Source of the DNA: Ramazzottius varieornatus
Lineage: Eukaryota > Animalia > Tardigrada
DNA length: 64,000 nt
Reading direction: 5' to 3'
Assembly (NCBI GenBank): GCA_001949185.1
Contig: BDGG01000001.1
Coordinates: 4,701,624-4,765,623 of the forward strand
Within the stretch, counting starts at the first letter, position 1. Each line of letters opens with the position of its first letter. The position numbers were made by a program, and so were the translations under genes. Of this stretch, positions 47,330 to 59,569 are shown piece after piece. Under the pieces are notes generated by a model. It was not told the DNA's origin. It did not search any database and worked only from the letters and a program-made list of their open reading frames with translations.

Positions 47330-48287
47330 GCTGTGAATTCTGCTTCTCTATCAAATGTGGGAAATACTACAGGACAAACACCATGGCTCAACCTGCTACC
47401 GCATGATGTGACGCCGGAACAAAGGGTTTGCAGAGTTGTTCAAGCGAACTGAAGGTGACATTGTTGAGTAACTACGGCTTGTTCATCTCTAGCGCACGGA
47501 CCCATAGTCTTGCCCTTTTTCTACGCATGTTCTTAGCAACTCTCTTTCGCCAGCACATAATTTGGCTTCCCATTTTTATCATTAGGGACTCATTCAGGGT
47601 GAACAAGCGTGTTTGTGGAATGCAGACTTCCTAAGTAATGATTACAGATCAGTGCATCACATTTCCGCCGCACAGATTCTGACGATGAAACAGCCAACGT
47701 TCGCTTTAGCTTTCCGAGCCGAGTATCTATGAGTATACTTCAAGAACACAAAAATGTGACAGTGTCAGGAGTGCACCGTAACACGTGGCATCGTAAACTG
47801 GTAAACTTGCGTAGCGTACAGTGCGCAGAGTTCGCCGATTGCTCATACAGAAACTGTCTCGTGGCCTCGTGCCAGGCACCGTCAGCAACTTCCCCGATAC
47901 AAGTGACCTCTTATGAGAAACTGTTTATCTAAAAAGAAGCAAACGTCCATGATAGTGCGGCCACTTAGATCGGCTTTGCGTGTTGATCTAACGGGGTAGG
48001 TCCACTTATATTTGATAGTTTGAGGCAAGTCCATCAGGTACCGGTAAAAGAGGACATTCGGATACCTTACCGGTACCGATGCACCCGTCTGACACAGGCT
48101 ATTCCCGCAAATATACCGGCATGAGTAACGCTGAAGACATGTTCTTTCCTAAGCAAACACCTCTCCGTATAAAACGCTAATCGATCCAAGTACCGACCAC
48201 TCACAACTTCTTCGAGCGGAAATCTACCAACTTCCAGCTCGTAGCGACACCAACTGCCAGGAAGCTTTTCCAAAGTGGTTACTCTCT

Positions 48288-49769
48288 ATGCGTAGCTCTG
48301 AAGTTTCAGCAGCACCTTCTGGCCTGACCGAAGGTAATTTCCCTGTTCCCTTTTGTCCATGACACCCTACAGTAGACCGCCAGCTGTAGCACAAGCCTCT
48401 TCTGGCCAGAACGGCTCCATTTCGTCCGCCTCCACCCGGCAAAGACCGGCGTCACACGCCGAGCGCATGCAAGCCAGCCGAACGGGAGTACGCGCTGCAG
48501 TCATGGCCGATATTCGAAAGCAACCAGCTTTACGACATGTCAGTGCGTCCCAAGTCCATGATCGAAGTGACCCAACGATGTATTTCGGTGCAGCCGAGAG
48601 GGACAACGTCAAAAGCGCCAACAGCGTACAAATGAACACCGACAGTCCGTCGCGCAATGGCTCTGCTTACAACTCACGGCCTACCACACCCTTTACGGCT
48701 CGCAGCACTCCAGCACCATACGCTATTCCAGGTGGAGCAAACAGCGCTCTGGAATACCCCCATGTCTCCGCCAAGCGTCCACCCATCGCTTTGGCCCCCA
48801 AGAACTCTCGTCCCAACACTCCGGCGGCGATTTACCCGCGATCGTCCTCTGCCAACGGCGACCCGCTACACTTCGTCCACCAGTCACGATCGGTCACTCC
48901 AGCTGTTCCACCGCCGCCGCCACCTCCTCCCCCACCACTACAGGAATCGCAGCCGCTCAAACGATCCGTGAGCATGGCTAGCTTGGCTTCGAAACTGTCC
49001 CATCTGTCGTCGGCGTCAACCAACTCAACACTATCTACCCTGACCGCTATCACAGACAAGCTACCAAAAGTGGCGAAAGACTTCTTCCAAGCGTCGACGG
49101 AGAACCTCAACTCGAAAACAGTGGTGACTACTGTCCACCATGCAACTTCCTCGTCCGTGGTGAAAGAGCAATCGGAAAGCAAAAGTCCTGTGGAAAAAGC
49201 GCGCTTGAACGGCGGGAATAAGTTCGGGGATTCAACTGAATGGAAAGCTACGAGGAACACTCATATCTCACTCAATACCGCCACCAAAAAACCACCACCA
49301 TCCAGCCTACATACTTCCGGCCAACAAGAGACAGGTGGGTGAAGCAGGTGTAGTTGTTGACTTCTACTTCAGAAATACACCAGTGGGTTTGGATTTTCAG
49401 AGAACCGCCCGCAAAGTCGGGCGTCGATTAGGAGTTCGAACATTAGAAGTAGCATCGCATCTGCCTTCAAACGCCCGTCCGCTTCCGGGATCTCGTTGAC
49501 GTCCACAGCCTCTAAAGATAAGCAAGAACACGCGGCGCAGAGCCAGTCGGCCGACGTGGTAACTTGGCCGGCCACCAGGCGATTCCGCCGATCTACAGGA
49601 TCGGAGACTCCGAGTGCCGGCCAGCAGGTCAAGGAGACTGTCACAGTCACTCAAGGTATGAAAGCGTCTTACTTGTACTACCAAAATTTCAAGATATCAC
49701 TACCACTGCACTGAGTCCCCTAGATTTCTTTCATTTTCAGCCGTCTACGAAAGGACTTACCTTACCTAA
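48288..49769 (+). CDS. WH2-motif, poly-Pro, Ser/Thr-rich protein (putative actin regulator); start uncertain
   Basis: RAAVMADIRKQPALRHV WH2 motif; P10 tract; 329-codon ORF plus exons 49401-49655 and 49741-49769. Confidence 0.6.
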
Positions 49770-50046
49770 GGTGCACCACATGACTGCAAAAGCTTCACAG
49801 CCTTCTTTTGTTCAAACCAAGTTGGCTTGTGGAAAGAAAGAATCCCAATCCCAACCAAGAATGTTGCTGTCTCAAAACATGAGAATTAAAAAATTTCATA
49901 AACTATATTTTATACTAGTTTTGGTAGATTGGAAAGGCATATTGTCGAGCTTATATGTCAAATTAATTATCCCTTTGCCTATCATAAAGCTGGGGACTTA
50001 CCAAGATCGCCTCTCTTAAGGTTTGCTACACAGTCACCATTTCTTG

Positions 50047-51447
50047 TCATCTGTGGAACACGTTGTAAGTCTTCCCGGCCATGATGGAGTCAAGCTGTTG
50101 AGCTTTGATGTCGACGTCTTCGAATCCGTTATTCAGACCGCGTTCTACTAGGCTCAATATTCTCCGGACGAAAGGCGTCGCTGTGAAGGCAGGATCAAAT
50201 AGGTCGTCCAGGGAGTGCCATCTGCACTCGACGATCTCTGTGGCGCAAGGGCGAATTTCTTTCGTCTTGGGTTGCATTCGACACACGACGTAAATGTCCG
50301 ACATACCGAACGAGGCTACCATGTCGTGATGCTGCCGAAATGCCAGCACCGACCTGAACTCTAGAACGAAGGCAAACTTGTGTGACAAAACAGATGGAAA
50401 CTTGAAATATTAGACCATGAAACGACCGGAAATGAAATTGCACGGCGTAATATGATCAACCCTTCCCAGGCGTTTGCATAACAACATCCCAATAAAATGT
50501 ACCTGTCTCAATTCCCGTTTCTTCAAGGACTTCGCGCTGTGCAGTCTTCTGAATGTCTTCCCGGAAGTCGGAGAACCCACCAGGAAACTTCCATATGCTT
50601 GGCTAAAATTAGCATTGTCGGCGTCAGCAACTCTGGTTCATGAGGCGAGTAAACTCACGTTGGTTGTGTCGCGGATCATCAGAAGCTTTGACGCTTCTTC
50701 GTCAATAACGCAACCTGGGTAGTAAAAGAGCAAGCTGACTTCGGGTCTTTGACCGTGAATTGATAGATCGGCACTATTTCGTTGCAGAAGATACCAAGGA
50801 AGCAAACCTGCAACGCCAACCGTGTGCGTGGTATATTTCGGCATTGTAGATGGAACGGCTGAGTCGAGTAGCCACATGTTCATCAGCAGATACCCATCTC
50901 GGCAATGGTGCAGAGAGAATCCCTGGGCTAAGCATATCGGGACCAAAGCTAATGTGGAAATCGGTAGGTACAGCCACATCCCGCGAATCCCGTCAGCTTT
51001 ACAGCGCGCAATCTCATCTAGAAAAACGTGTTCTTCGTTGTCAAAGCCAACAGCCCGTCAGAAGAGCAGAACTGAATGTTACCACATGTGCACATGGTAG
51101 GAAATGCGTAGACTAACCACAAAGCTCCTTTGCGAACAGCTCCTGTGAAGACTCTGACAGATACCGAGAATCATCCTTCACATCAAGTCGCACACTTCCG
51201 AAACGATTTGCTGGACTGAAGTTGAAAGTCTTAGCTTGGGAAGACATGTAGCGAGGGCTGCAATGGTTCCGAAACACCGGACTATATCTCTAGAGGACAA
51301 AAAGAATCACGTACGAATAATGTCCTCTACCCCGTATACATAAAACAGTTCATAGGAAGACTAGCGCATCCGATGCAGCAAAGGATCTTTACGTACCACT
51401 TGCGAACGTATGAAAGCTCTTGCGAGCCGTCTTGTAAGATTTGACAT
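50047..51447 (-). CDS. NUDT6: Nudix hydrolase 6-like
   Basis: NRFGSV, WLYLPI..GFSLHHC, PKYTTHTVGVAG, Nudix box WKFPGGFSDFREDIQKTAQREVLEETGI, FRQHH..FGMSDIYVVCRM; exact start uncertain. Confidence 0.9.
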
Positions 51448-54400
51448 GGTCAGTCTCTGGACGTAGATTCGCCCAATAAACACATGTACGCTACTGCCAA
51501 AATAGGTGGTCTTCCCTGCGGTGCCCTACATCGTGGTACTCTTCCCACCTGTGTGTAGAAAAGAAACGGCTTCCGCAAAGGCAGCTGGCTTCAAGTCGAC
51601 GATGGAGTCGGTGACCGGAGCAAGACGACACAGTCGTGGCACTCGGGTACACGGTATCCAGCAAACGGCCGCATACTGTTCTGGCAAAAGGGTGAGCATC
51701 GAGGAAGATTTGAACCCAAAGGAAACGACGAAGGACGGAATCCGAAGTACTGGCAGCAATCACTGAATTTCGCTCTGTTTCTGTTTGGGAGCAAACCCCA
51801 TTATAGAGACTGAGAGCGAAAGCGCACTTGCCCAATTCGATATGCACAGGAACATTGTGGCCTCATAGGAACAAGTTGGTCTCGTAGGCGCTGTGTTGAA
51901 AGAGACGCGCAATGTTTACATATGACGTCACGATGTTCCTATGCGTATCGAATTGTATTGGTGCGCTTTCGCTCGCAACCTCTGTATTACCACAAGTTCA
52001 CAACATTAAGACAAAGTTTCAATGCCCCGGGGTTAATCAGAAATCTCAGTCTTGGCCCAGGGGTAGACGGTTTGACTTTTACCCACGCGGGTCAGGTGGA
52101 CCCGTGGAAGTGAAACTGCGATTCCGCAAATTTATCCCTTTACGATTCGTTTGAGGCTCCCGTCTGTATTTGCTACTTGTACGGGAAGACTAAAAGGACT
52201 ACTGGGACTAGTATGCGGACCGTTTATCATCCGGAAACCTGCGGACGGAAGGGCGCCGACGCGAGAGGGCAATCACTTCATCCTCGCCCAAGCATGGAAA
52301 TGGACGCCTTGAACGGTACCTCCTACGCAACAGGTGCAACAAACTGTGGCTGACACTGGCGGTGTTTCTGACAACGACTGAAGCTACCAGCATTTAACAT
52401 ATTCACTTTACAGGGCTACACCACTCCGGAGTCTCCGGGCGATACACCAGCCGTCGTACAGGTAGTGCGGACATGAGCAACAGGTAAGAAATGATTCCAT
52501 GATACACCACAGTTTCCGACTTTCGCTTCATACTTCGCTTCGTACGTACCTTAACTTGCTTTTTCCTACAGTGGTAAATTTCTCATAACGGTATAGCTTC
52601 GCGTACGTACTGTACATCCGCGGAGGATCGACGAGACTCGTCGAACACCATCACGTAAGTCGACTGATGATGAGCCGTACGCGCCACCAAGCTCATGTCA
52701 CTAGCTCTCATTTTTGGCTCGCGGGCGTACGTGTGCTGCGTGGTAAGAAAAATAGTTCATAGCGGATCACATAGAGAGCAGTGGATGGTACATATACTCT
52801 TGAGCATCTTGTAACCGGTTTATCATAATAGATTCTATGAGGAGCGTCAAGTGAAGTGCTCATCGTCGTCTCGTACCGTGCAGTATGGATCAGCGGATAT
52901 GATAACCTTGAATGAATGACAAGAAATCTGCTCCATTTGAGCCATCATATCGAGGCAAGACAGCTTGCTGCGTTTCGGATCTGTATGGTAAATGCTAATT
53001 GAATTTTCTCATATCCCCCATGTCAAAATAAGCAGTGCCATTGTGACAACCGCGAATACGTGTTAACGGAACATCCACAGGACTGATACCGTACTTTGGG
53101 TATAGGAACGGATCTACGCATATGGAATACTTTTGTACCTGAGGTCTTGAGGACTGTATCAGAGTTGGGCCGATAAGTTCTCCGGTAAGTTCGGTACTTC
53201 ACTCTTGATCGTATAATTCGTTATGGGTGTGATAAACCCGGTGTCCGAACTCTGGCCCGAGATTCTCAACGCTGAAGATGGCTCCTCTCGTAAAGTCTCA
53301 CATTAAATGACAGTGATGGACGGTGGTATGATATATGGCGATAAATCTTGCTCGAAGATCGAATATTTTCTTTGGTCCTTCTTTGAGAGCACTTCGGCCA
53401 GCCTCGCTGGTCTTAAGTTCTGCTCATCTCGGAGTCCACGCGTCCGAAATTTCCCGAACCATGTAGGGTACACTGTATGTGTGAAACAGTAATTTTATAA
53501 TGGCTCGACGAACGGCTCGGTTAGCATATGATTTTTGCTAATAATTAATTGTTTGCGAGCTGTAAGGCTTTAAGCCGAAGCGCACTGTACAAGGTACAAG
53601 GAAGTTACGCGTTGCAGCTCTTGAAGGTATGCAGTCTTGCAGAACTTGCTGCAGCCTTGCTCGTTATCAAGGCTATCCAGTTGGCTCTGACAGACTCTTT
53701 TCCACTATGAAATAGAAATATGAAACAAGATACAGTGTGGTGTAATGGGTGTTATGGTATGAATAAATTTGCTATGCCCTGCATGGAACTCTTTGGCTAT
53801 AACAAGCTCAGAAGACGGTGACAAGTGCAGATACTGCTACTTCCGCGTCCGCGTATATGGGCCTCAACTAAAAACCCTGAAAGGTGGGAAGAAGCCCGGC
53901 GAAGTTTATAGAGGAAGTGTACTCTGGTAAAAGTTCAAAAATTGGATTCGAATTTGACGGCGCTATGCCGGTTACGTAGGAGGTGATTTTGTGTGTTGAC
54001 GTTTGATCTGCTACTGCGCATACTGTACCGCTTTGAGACTGAACGAGTGTCATTGACTTGTCTGGTACCGCCGGTCCTACAGTAGTGACCGATGAATTTG
54101 ATACTTGTTGTTTTATTGAACGAACGGTAGAGCTCGCTAGATTTGTGGTGTTTACCGCTGCAAGCTGCGGATCTATTGATGTGGTCCCACCTAAAGGAGT
54201 TTGAGCAGGTTCGATTAAATTGGTTGGGAAGTGGGTTTGGGTATGTAGAGCACGGTAAACTGCCTGCAAAGTTCGGCAAGAGCTCTCATGTTGACAGCTG
54301 AAATGAAATTGTTGCTGTCGATCGCTCTCGAAGCGTGTCCCTGACCTGACATGCAACGTTATGCATACCAACATTAAGCTTAATTTTTTGTCGCACGGGC

Positions 54401-54819
54401 AAGTCTTATCGCTGTTGACTGAGCTTTCGAACCAAACGCTACCTTCTTCGAGGAACAACCATATCAAGACAATTTCTCCTGTTTTCGTGGAAGAAAATAC
54501 CCATTCGCTCCTTTGAAGAGAAAAAACCGAAATAGCTTATTCACCGTGCCGGTTCACGTAGCTGATCAGGTTTATCACCTTCCCAGACGCAGGCATTCGA
54601 AGTACGAGTAACCGGACAGTTTCGTTGAGCTGAACTGAAGATATAGAAACTTCCTTTGTAACAAGTGCTTTTTTCTTAGGAAGCTCAGGGAATTACGCAA
54701 GCTCTCGAACGAGGTGATCACCACCCATCAGGCACCATCCACCGAAACCAGGAAGCGTAGTCGGAAGTCTGCTATTGATCGAGTGAAAGTGCCCGTCGGG
54801 GTTCGTAGTGGTGCTCAAG

Positions 54820-57800
54820 ATGCCAGGGAACGACAACTACCAGGCCCTGGCCAATGGATACCCGCAATCCGGTCTTGGGTTCGCGACTCGTCAACCACAG
54901 CCAGCACGGGCTACAGCCTCTAACCCTTCACCATCCGGAACGCGACTTTTGGACATGCACCGCGAAAGAACCCGCCAGGCGGAGACGCAGCCCAGCACTA
55001 GCAAGTCCAAAAGCCACCTACAGGCTGCCACCGGAAGTTCCAGTTCCAAGACGGACTCTAGCAGTACCGAGCAGTTCTCTTCATCCGCAGCTACCGGTAC
55101 GTGTGAAGTGGCTCTTTATACTTTGCTTGATGGCTACCGAATACAGCACCTTTGATATCTGGTTCGAGGAACGGAACTCTTCGCAACAAAGCTAACGATC
55201 CGTGCTGGTTATATGCATGACAGCGCAAGCACGCATAAAACACGGTTATCACATACAATCTTCTATATATGCATAAGCACGAAAAAATATCGCGAACATT
55301 ATTATTAATCCAGCCTCTGAGCTGATTACTGCAGACGGGAGGTAGTGACCGAAGATTTGCTGCGATCAATATCAATATTTCGCCACAGACCTTCTGATCA
55401 TCGATCAAGCAAAAACCAGCCTTTTTATGGAATATAATGAAACAGTGGTTGGTTAGGTTGGCGGACAATGGGTCGCTGTCGCATTTGAACCAAAGATGCT
55501 CCGTAGCGTACTTTCTAGCTACTTACTTACACTACCGTACCACCAAACGCTCACGGCGCAGTGTCTTCCGCAACAAACAATATTAGGGGCAAAGAACGTC
55601 ATCATGATTATATTTATTATAATCTATGGTGATGGATGTCTTACAAGAATATGTTAGTTCCAGCAGACTTCAATTCTGAATAGGTGCCAAGTATTTTGAA
55701 ATTTCGCAAGTGTGCGCATCAAAGATTAAGAAGAGCCCCTAATTTCGTGAAGAGTGGTGAATTAAAGCTTGAAAAATTCGGACAAGTTCCGCGACTCGTC
55801 GAGGTGTCGCATCTTAGCATGTCATTTGCAGACTTCATGAACATTCGGTCTTGGCGAAAGTCTTGTCCTGAAATAAAGCTCAACATTACTAGCACCTGGT
55901 GAGATCTACATACTGTACGAAGGCGTAAACGGCCATTTTATCGAGAAGCTATCTGTGTGATTAAATACTTATCGTCGGCATGTTCGTGTGATAAGCCCAG
56001 ATTAGCCGGCGTCTATTCTTTCATGACTTTTGCAAATGAATACCGAAGGAGCGCAAAGTTCTCGATAAAGCTGTTTATTTCACGGCACTAGCTGAGTGCG
56101 AATTGCGCCGAAGATGCTCTTACGCTGTCAAAGCATGATTTCCGATAAGCTCTGCTCGGTTTTTGGCTTCGAACACTCAGCGAGCTGTATACCTACCCAA
56201 CTACATAGTGGGGATCGATCCCGATAAAATGTGTTTCGATTGTTAAGATTTCTGTGACCGTACTTTTGAAGGAGGAAGTGAAGCCATGTCTTTCTTGCCT
56301 CCAGATCGCCCTTGGGAAACCAGCAGCTCATGGCCGGAAGAAGCAGCTCTCTATACCGTCGACCATCTGGCCACTTTCACGGTCGGACAAAGCTACGGTA
56401 AGCTCTACTTCTCTGTTCCCACACCATAAACATATCATCAACTTTCAGAAAATAAGACGAACTAATTGTGTCCTGACTAACTTCTCGTATCACAGATTGA
56501 GTAGGGATCCTCTGCATCTGAATATTGCTATCCTGCTTCCAATGCGACTTTGCGCAGCAGGGAATGTTGGATATTTTCTACAATATCTCCTGTTTTTTTC
56601 AGAGTTGGTTTCTGCTCAAGATGGAGTACGGCGTCTGCGACAGATGGAAAAGTCCAGCGGTATCTGGACCCAGCGGATGCACCTGCGCCTCGAAAGACAG
56701 TACCTGGCCATCATCGATTTCGAGAACGGTGATACAGTAGAACGCTTCTCTTTGGACTTGGTCGGCGAAGCCCACAGTTTCATTAGTCACGACGCCAAAG
56801 AGCTGTACAACAACATTCTGGTCTTCACCGTCGGCATCAAGGAGAACTCTTCTTCAACGACGAGCGGCAATGTCTCCGAAATGCACCTCTTCCACTGTCT
56901 ACAGACCTCCGCCAAGCAGATCGCTAGTGACGTCAACAGGTTGAGCAGCGCCATCAAGAACGCCAAAGTAGCTCATTCCGCAGACAGGTAACGAAAAGAG
57001 TTCCCTCTCATACTATCATATCGACCAACAAACTAATCTTAGCATGTCGATATCTTGAACCCGAAAGGTGGCCGGGGAAAAGTAACGGTGCGCGTATTCC
57101 TCCTCCGCCCCTGGTACATCCACCGGTTGAGCCTCATTCAAATGGTGCCGCACTGAAAGCGACGCCGAGTAAGAGCAAGATTCAGGAGAAAGTGGACATC
57201 TTCGACGCCATAGTTGGTAAGCTCGATCCTTCGCTCCTTTGAGCTGAACACTGTCTTATGGAGTTTGAGGTGGGCGAAAAGAGCACCTTTGTGTGTAGTG
57301 GATCCGCGATTCGGAAGGAGGCTAGCCGGGAACGCTGCGACTTCCGGCGAAGTGAGGACCTATTCCGGACGGACGACAGCCAGCAACGACGAGCATTTGG
57401 ACAGGACCAGAGAAAATGCATCAGGAGCCAACCATCAGCGCGATGTCCAAATGTTAAACTCGTGCTTCGACGATATCGAGAGCTTTGTCCGACGGCTGCA
57501 GTACCAAGCTGCCGCGCTGAAAGAGTTACATAGACGACGCCAACACCGGAAAAGCAAGAAGAAAGAACCCGGAGGTAGGCTATTTCGTACAATCTAGAAG
57601 TAAACGGTAGGAAAAATGGCGGAATCGCCATAACTTGCGCTGTTTCATAAGACCGACTACAATTTGAAAGGCTGGATTTTCGATCCATTCTGAGTGTTTA
57701 TGATAATTATGGCAGTCCAGATTATTATTTTTGGGTTTTTTGCAGATGGAATGCTGATGCTTCGATCTCGTCCACCGAGTCAAGCCGACTTTATCGACAC

Positions 57801-58943
57801 GTTACAGAAATTTAAACTAAGCTTTAATTTATTGGTAAGATCCTCCCTCGTTACTCTTTCCCCTCAGAAGAAGGTAAACCCAACCACTTTAGGGCAAACT
57901 ACGTTCGCACATTCACGATCCCAACGCGCCAGAGCTGGTTCACTTCCTCTTCACGCCCCTGGCACTGGTCCTCGAAGCCAGCGCCAGCCAGGCCGCAGAG
58001 GGCGCCACCTCTTCATGGGGCGATGGCGGTGTGGGTCTTGCCAGCCGCATCGTGACACCTTTATTGACGGCGGAAGCTAAGCATCTGTTGGTCAACTGTC
58101 TGAGCAGTAAGGAAAGCGACCTGTGGCAGAGTCTTGGCCAAGCATGGACCAGCACGCGCGAACAGTGGCCAGGAGACGTTCCAGAGTACTACCCAGTCTT
58201 CCATGCCGGCCACATGGCGGCGGAACATCCGTATGGATACAGCTATGCTCACTCGCAGTCAGATGGGGAACCGACGGCTGCATCGTCGAGAAGGAACGGC
58301 AATTCTCGGTGGAGAGAGGTTTGTAACTGAGGAAATGCTTACCGCGAATTGCTGACTGATTGGAGTTGCTGTTGCAGGAGCTCGATGAAGGTGATATGTA
58401 CAGCGACGATAACTACACTGGTAGTGAACAAGATACGGCTAACGGATACTATGCTCAACAAGCCAACCAGCTTTCTGGCTCGCCTTGGCCTAGGTAAGTC
58501 GGCATGTCTGGATTGAACGCGTTTGATTGTTTCGGGAAACCGGAAGTCGACGGCAGAGACAGAAATTTTGTTGGTGTTGTAGGGAGAGCCAGACTAGTGA
58601 CGGTGGCTATGGGGACAGTGCTTTCGAGAAGGAGCAGCGTCGCTTCTTGGCTCAAATGGAAGCTGACCAGCATGTCCGGATAATTCAGGTCCTCTTTGGA
58701 AGGACTGGAAAAAATGACAAGGAACTGAGCGTAGCCAAAGGCGAACTGCTCAAAGTAGGTCGCTATGAGCACCGTTGATGATTTCCGCTGAGCACTTGTG
58801 ACCAAGAAGCTACAACAGCTTACGATGATTTTTCTGCAGTTGGTTAACGACTCACGGAACTGGTGGCTGGCCGAGAATAGCCAAGGAAGGTCCGGCTACG
58901 TTCCCAACACTATCGTCCGAAGAGTGGCCAACCCCTCCCAACG
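54820..58943 (+). CDS. EPS8: EPS8/arouser-like protein: PTB, central conserved region, SH3
   Basis: [78 protein letters not shown]; SH3 NDKELSVAKGELLK|LVNDSRNWWLAENSQGRSGYVPNTI. Confidence 0.9.
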
Positions 58944-59569
58944 GTAACCAGCACTTGCTTGGAATTCCTGTTTCTGTTTCGAGCCATTCATTTCTTGAAA
59001 GCTTTTGTTCAAATTGTTCCTGCATACCCGGGAAAACAAACAGTAATTTGGTTTCGCGGCTAACCAGCTCTGATGCTTTTTCTTCACGTTGTTCCTTCCA
59101 ATTATTTATGCTTGCTTGTTTGAAAAACTGCAGTTTTGCTCAAGATAAAGAACACTGTTGACACAATCGACGCCCTTTAACAATATCACAGATTTAGCTT
59201 CATAGTCGAGCCGTCGACCGACTTCACCACTTTTACATCCTGCTTAGGCTCAACTCGGCTGACCCAATGCTTGCCCACTTCGTCACACTATAATATTGTT
59301 TCGAATCCATATACCAGGTTGACCTTTTTACTGACCGGTGGTTGCTGTGACATTGAACTGGTGCCGGTGGAAAGTACGATGGAATACGGGTGTTCGATAA
59401 GTGGACCGCGTCCATAGTGCTGAAATGTTGGAGTAGTTTCTCCGGATAAACAAATGTGCACTTATTCGTTCGTGAATTTCCTTGACGGAACTCCAATCAC
59501 CGGCTGAGTGTGGAAAACATCGTTAACATCAGATTGTCACCCTTCATACATTATTTATAAATAACTGGT

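Noticed and set aside
51491-51847. Overlapping 67-118-aa ORFs between NUDT6 and EPS8
   Set aside because: No recognisable motif or consistent splice structure.
53868-54467. 199-aa minus-strand ORF upstream of the EPS8 coding exons
   Set aside because: Non-ATG start, Ser/Thr-rich, and no domain recognised; cannot be called without transcript data.
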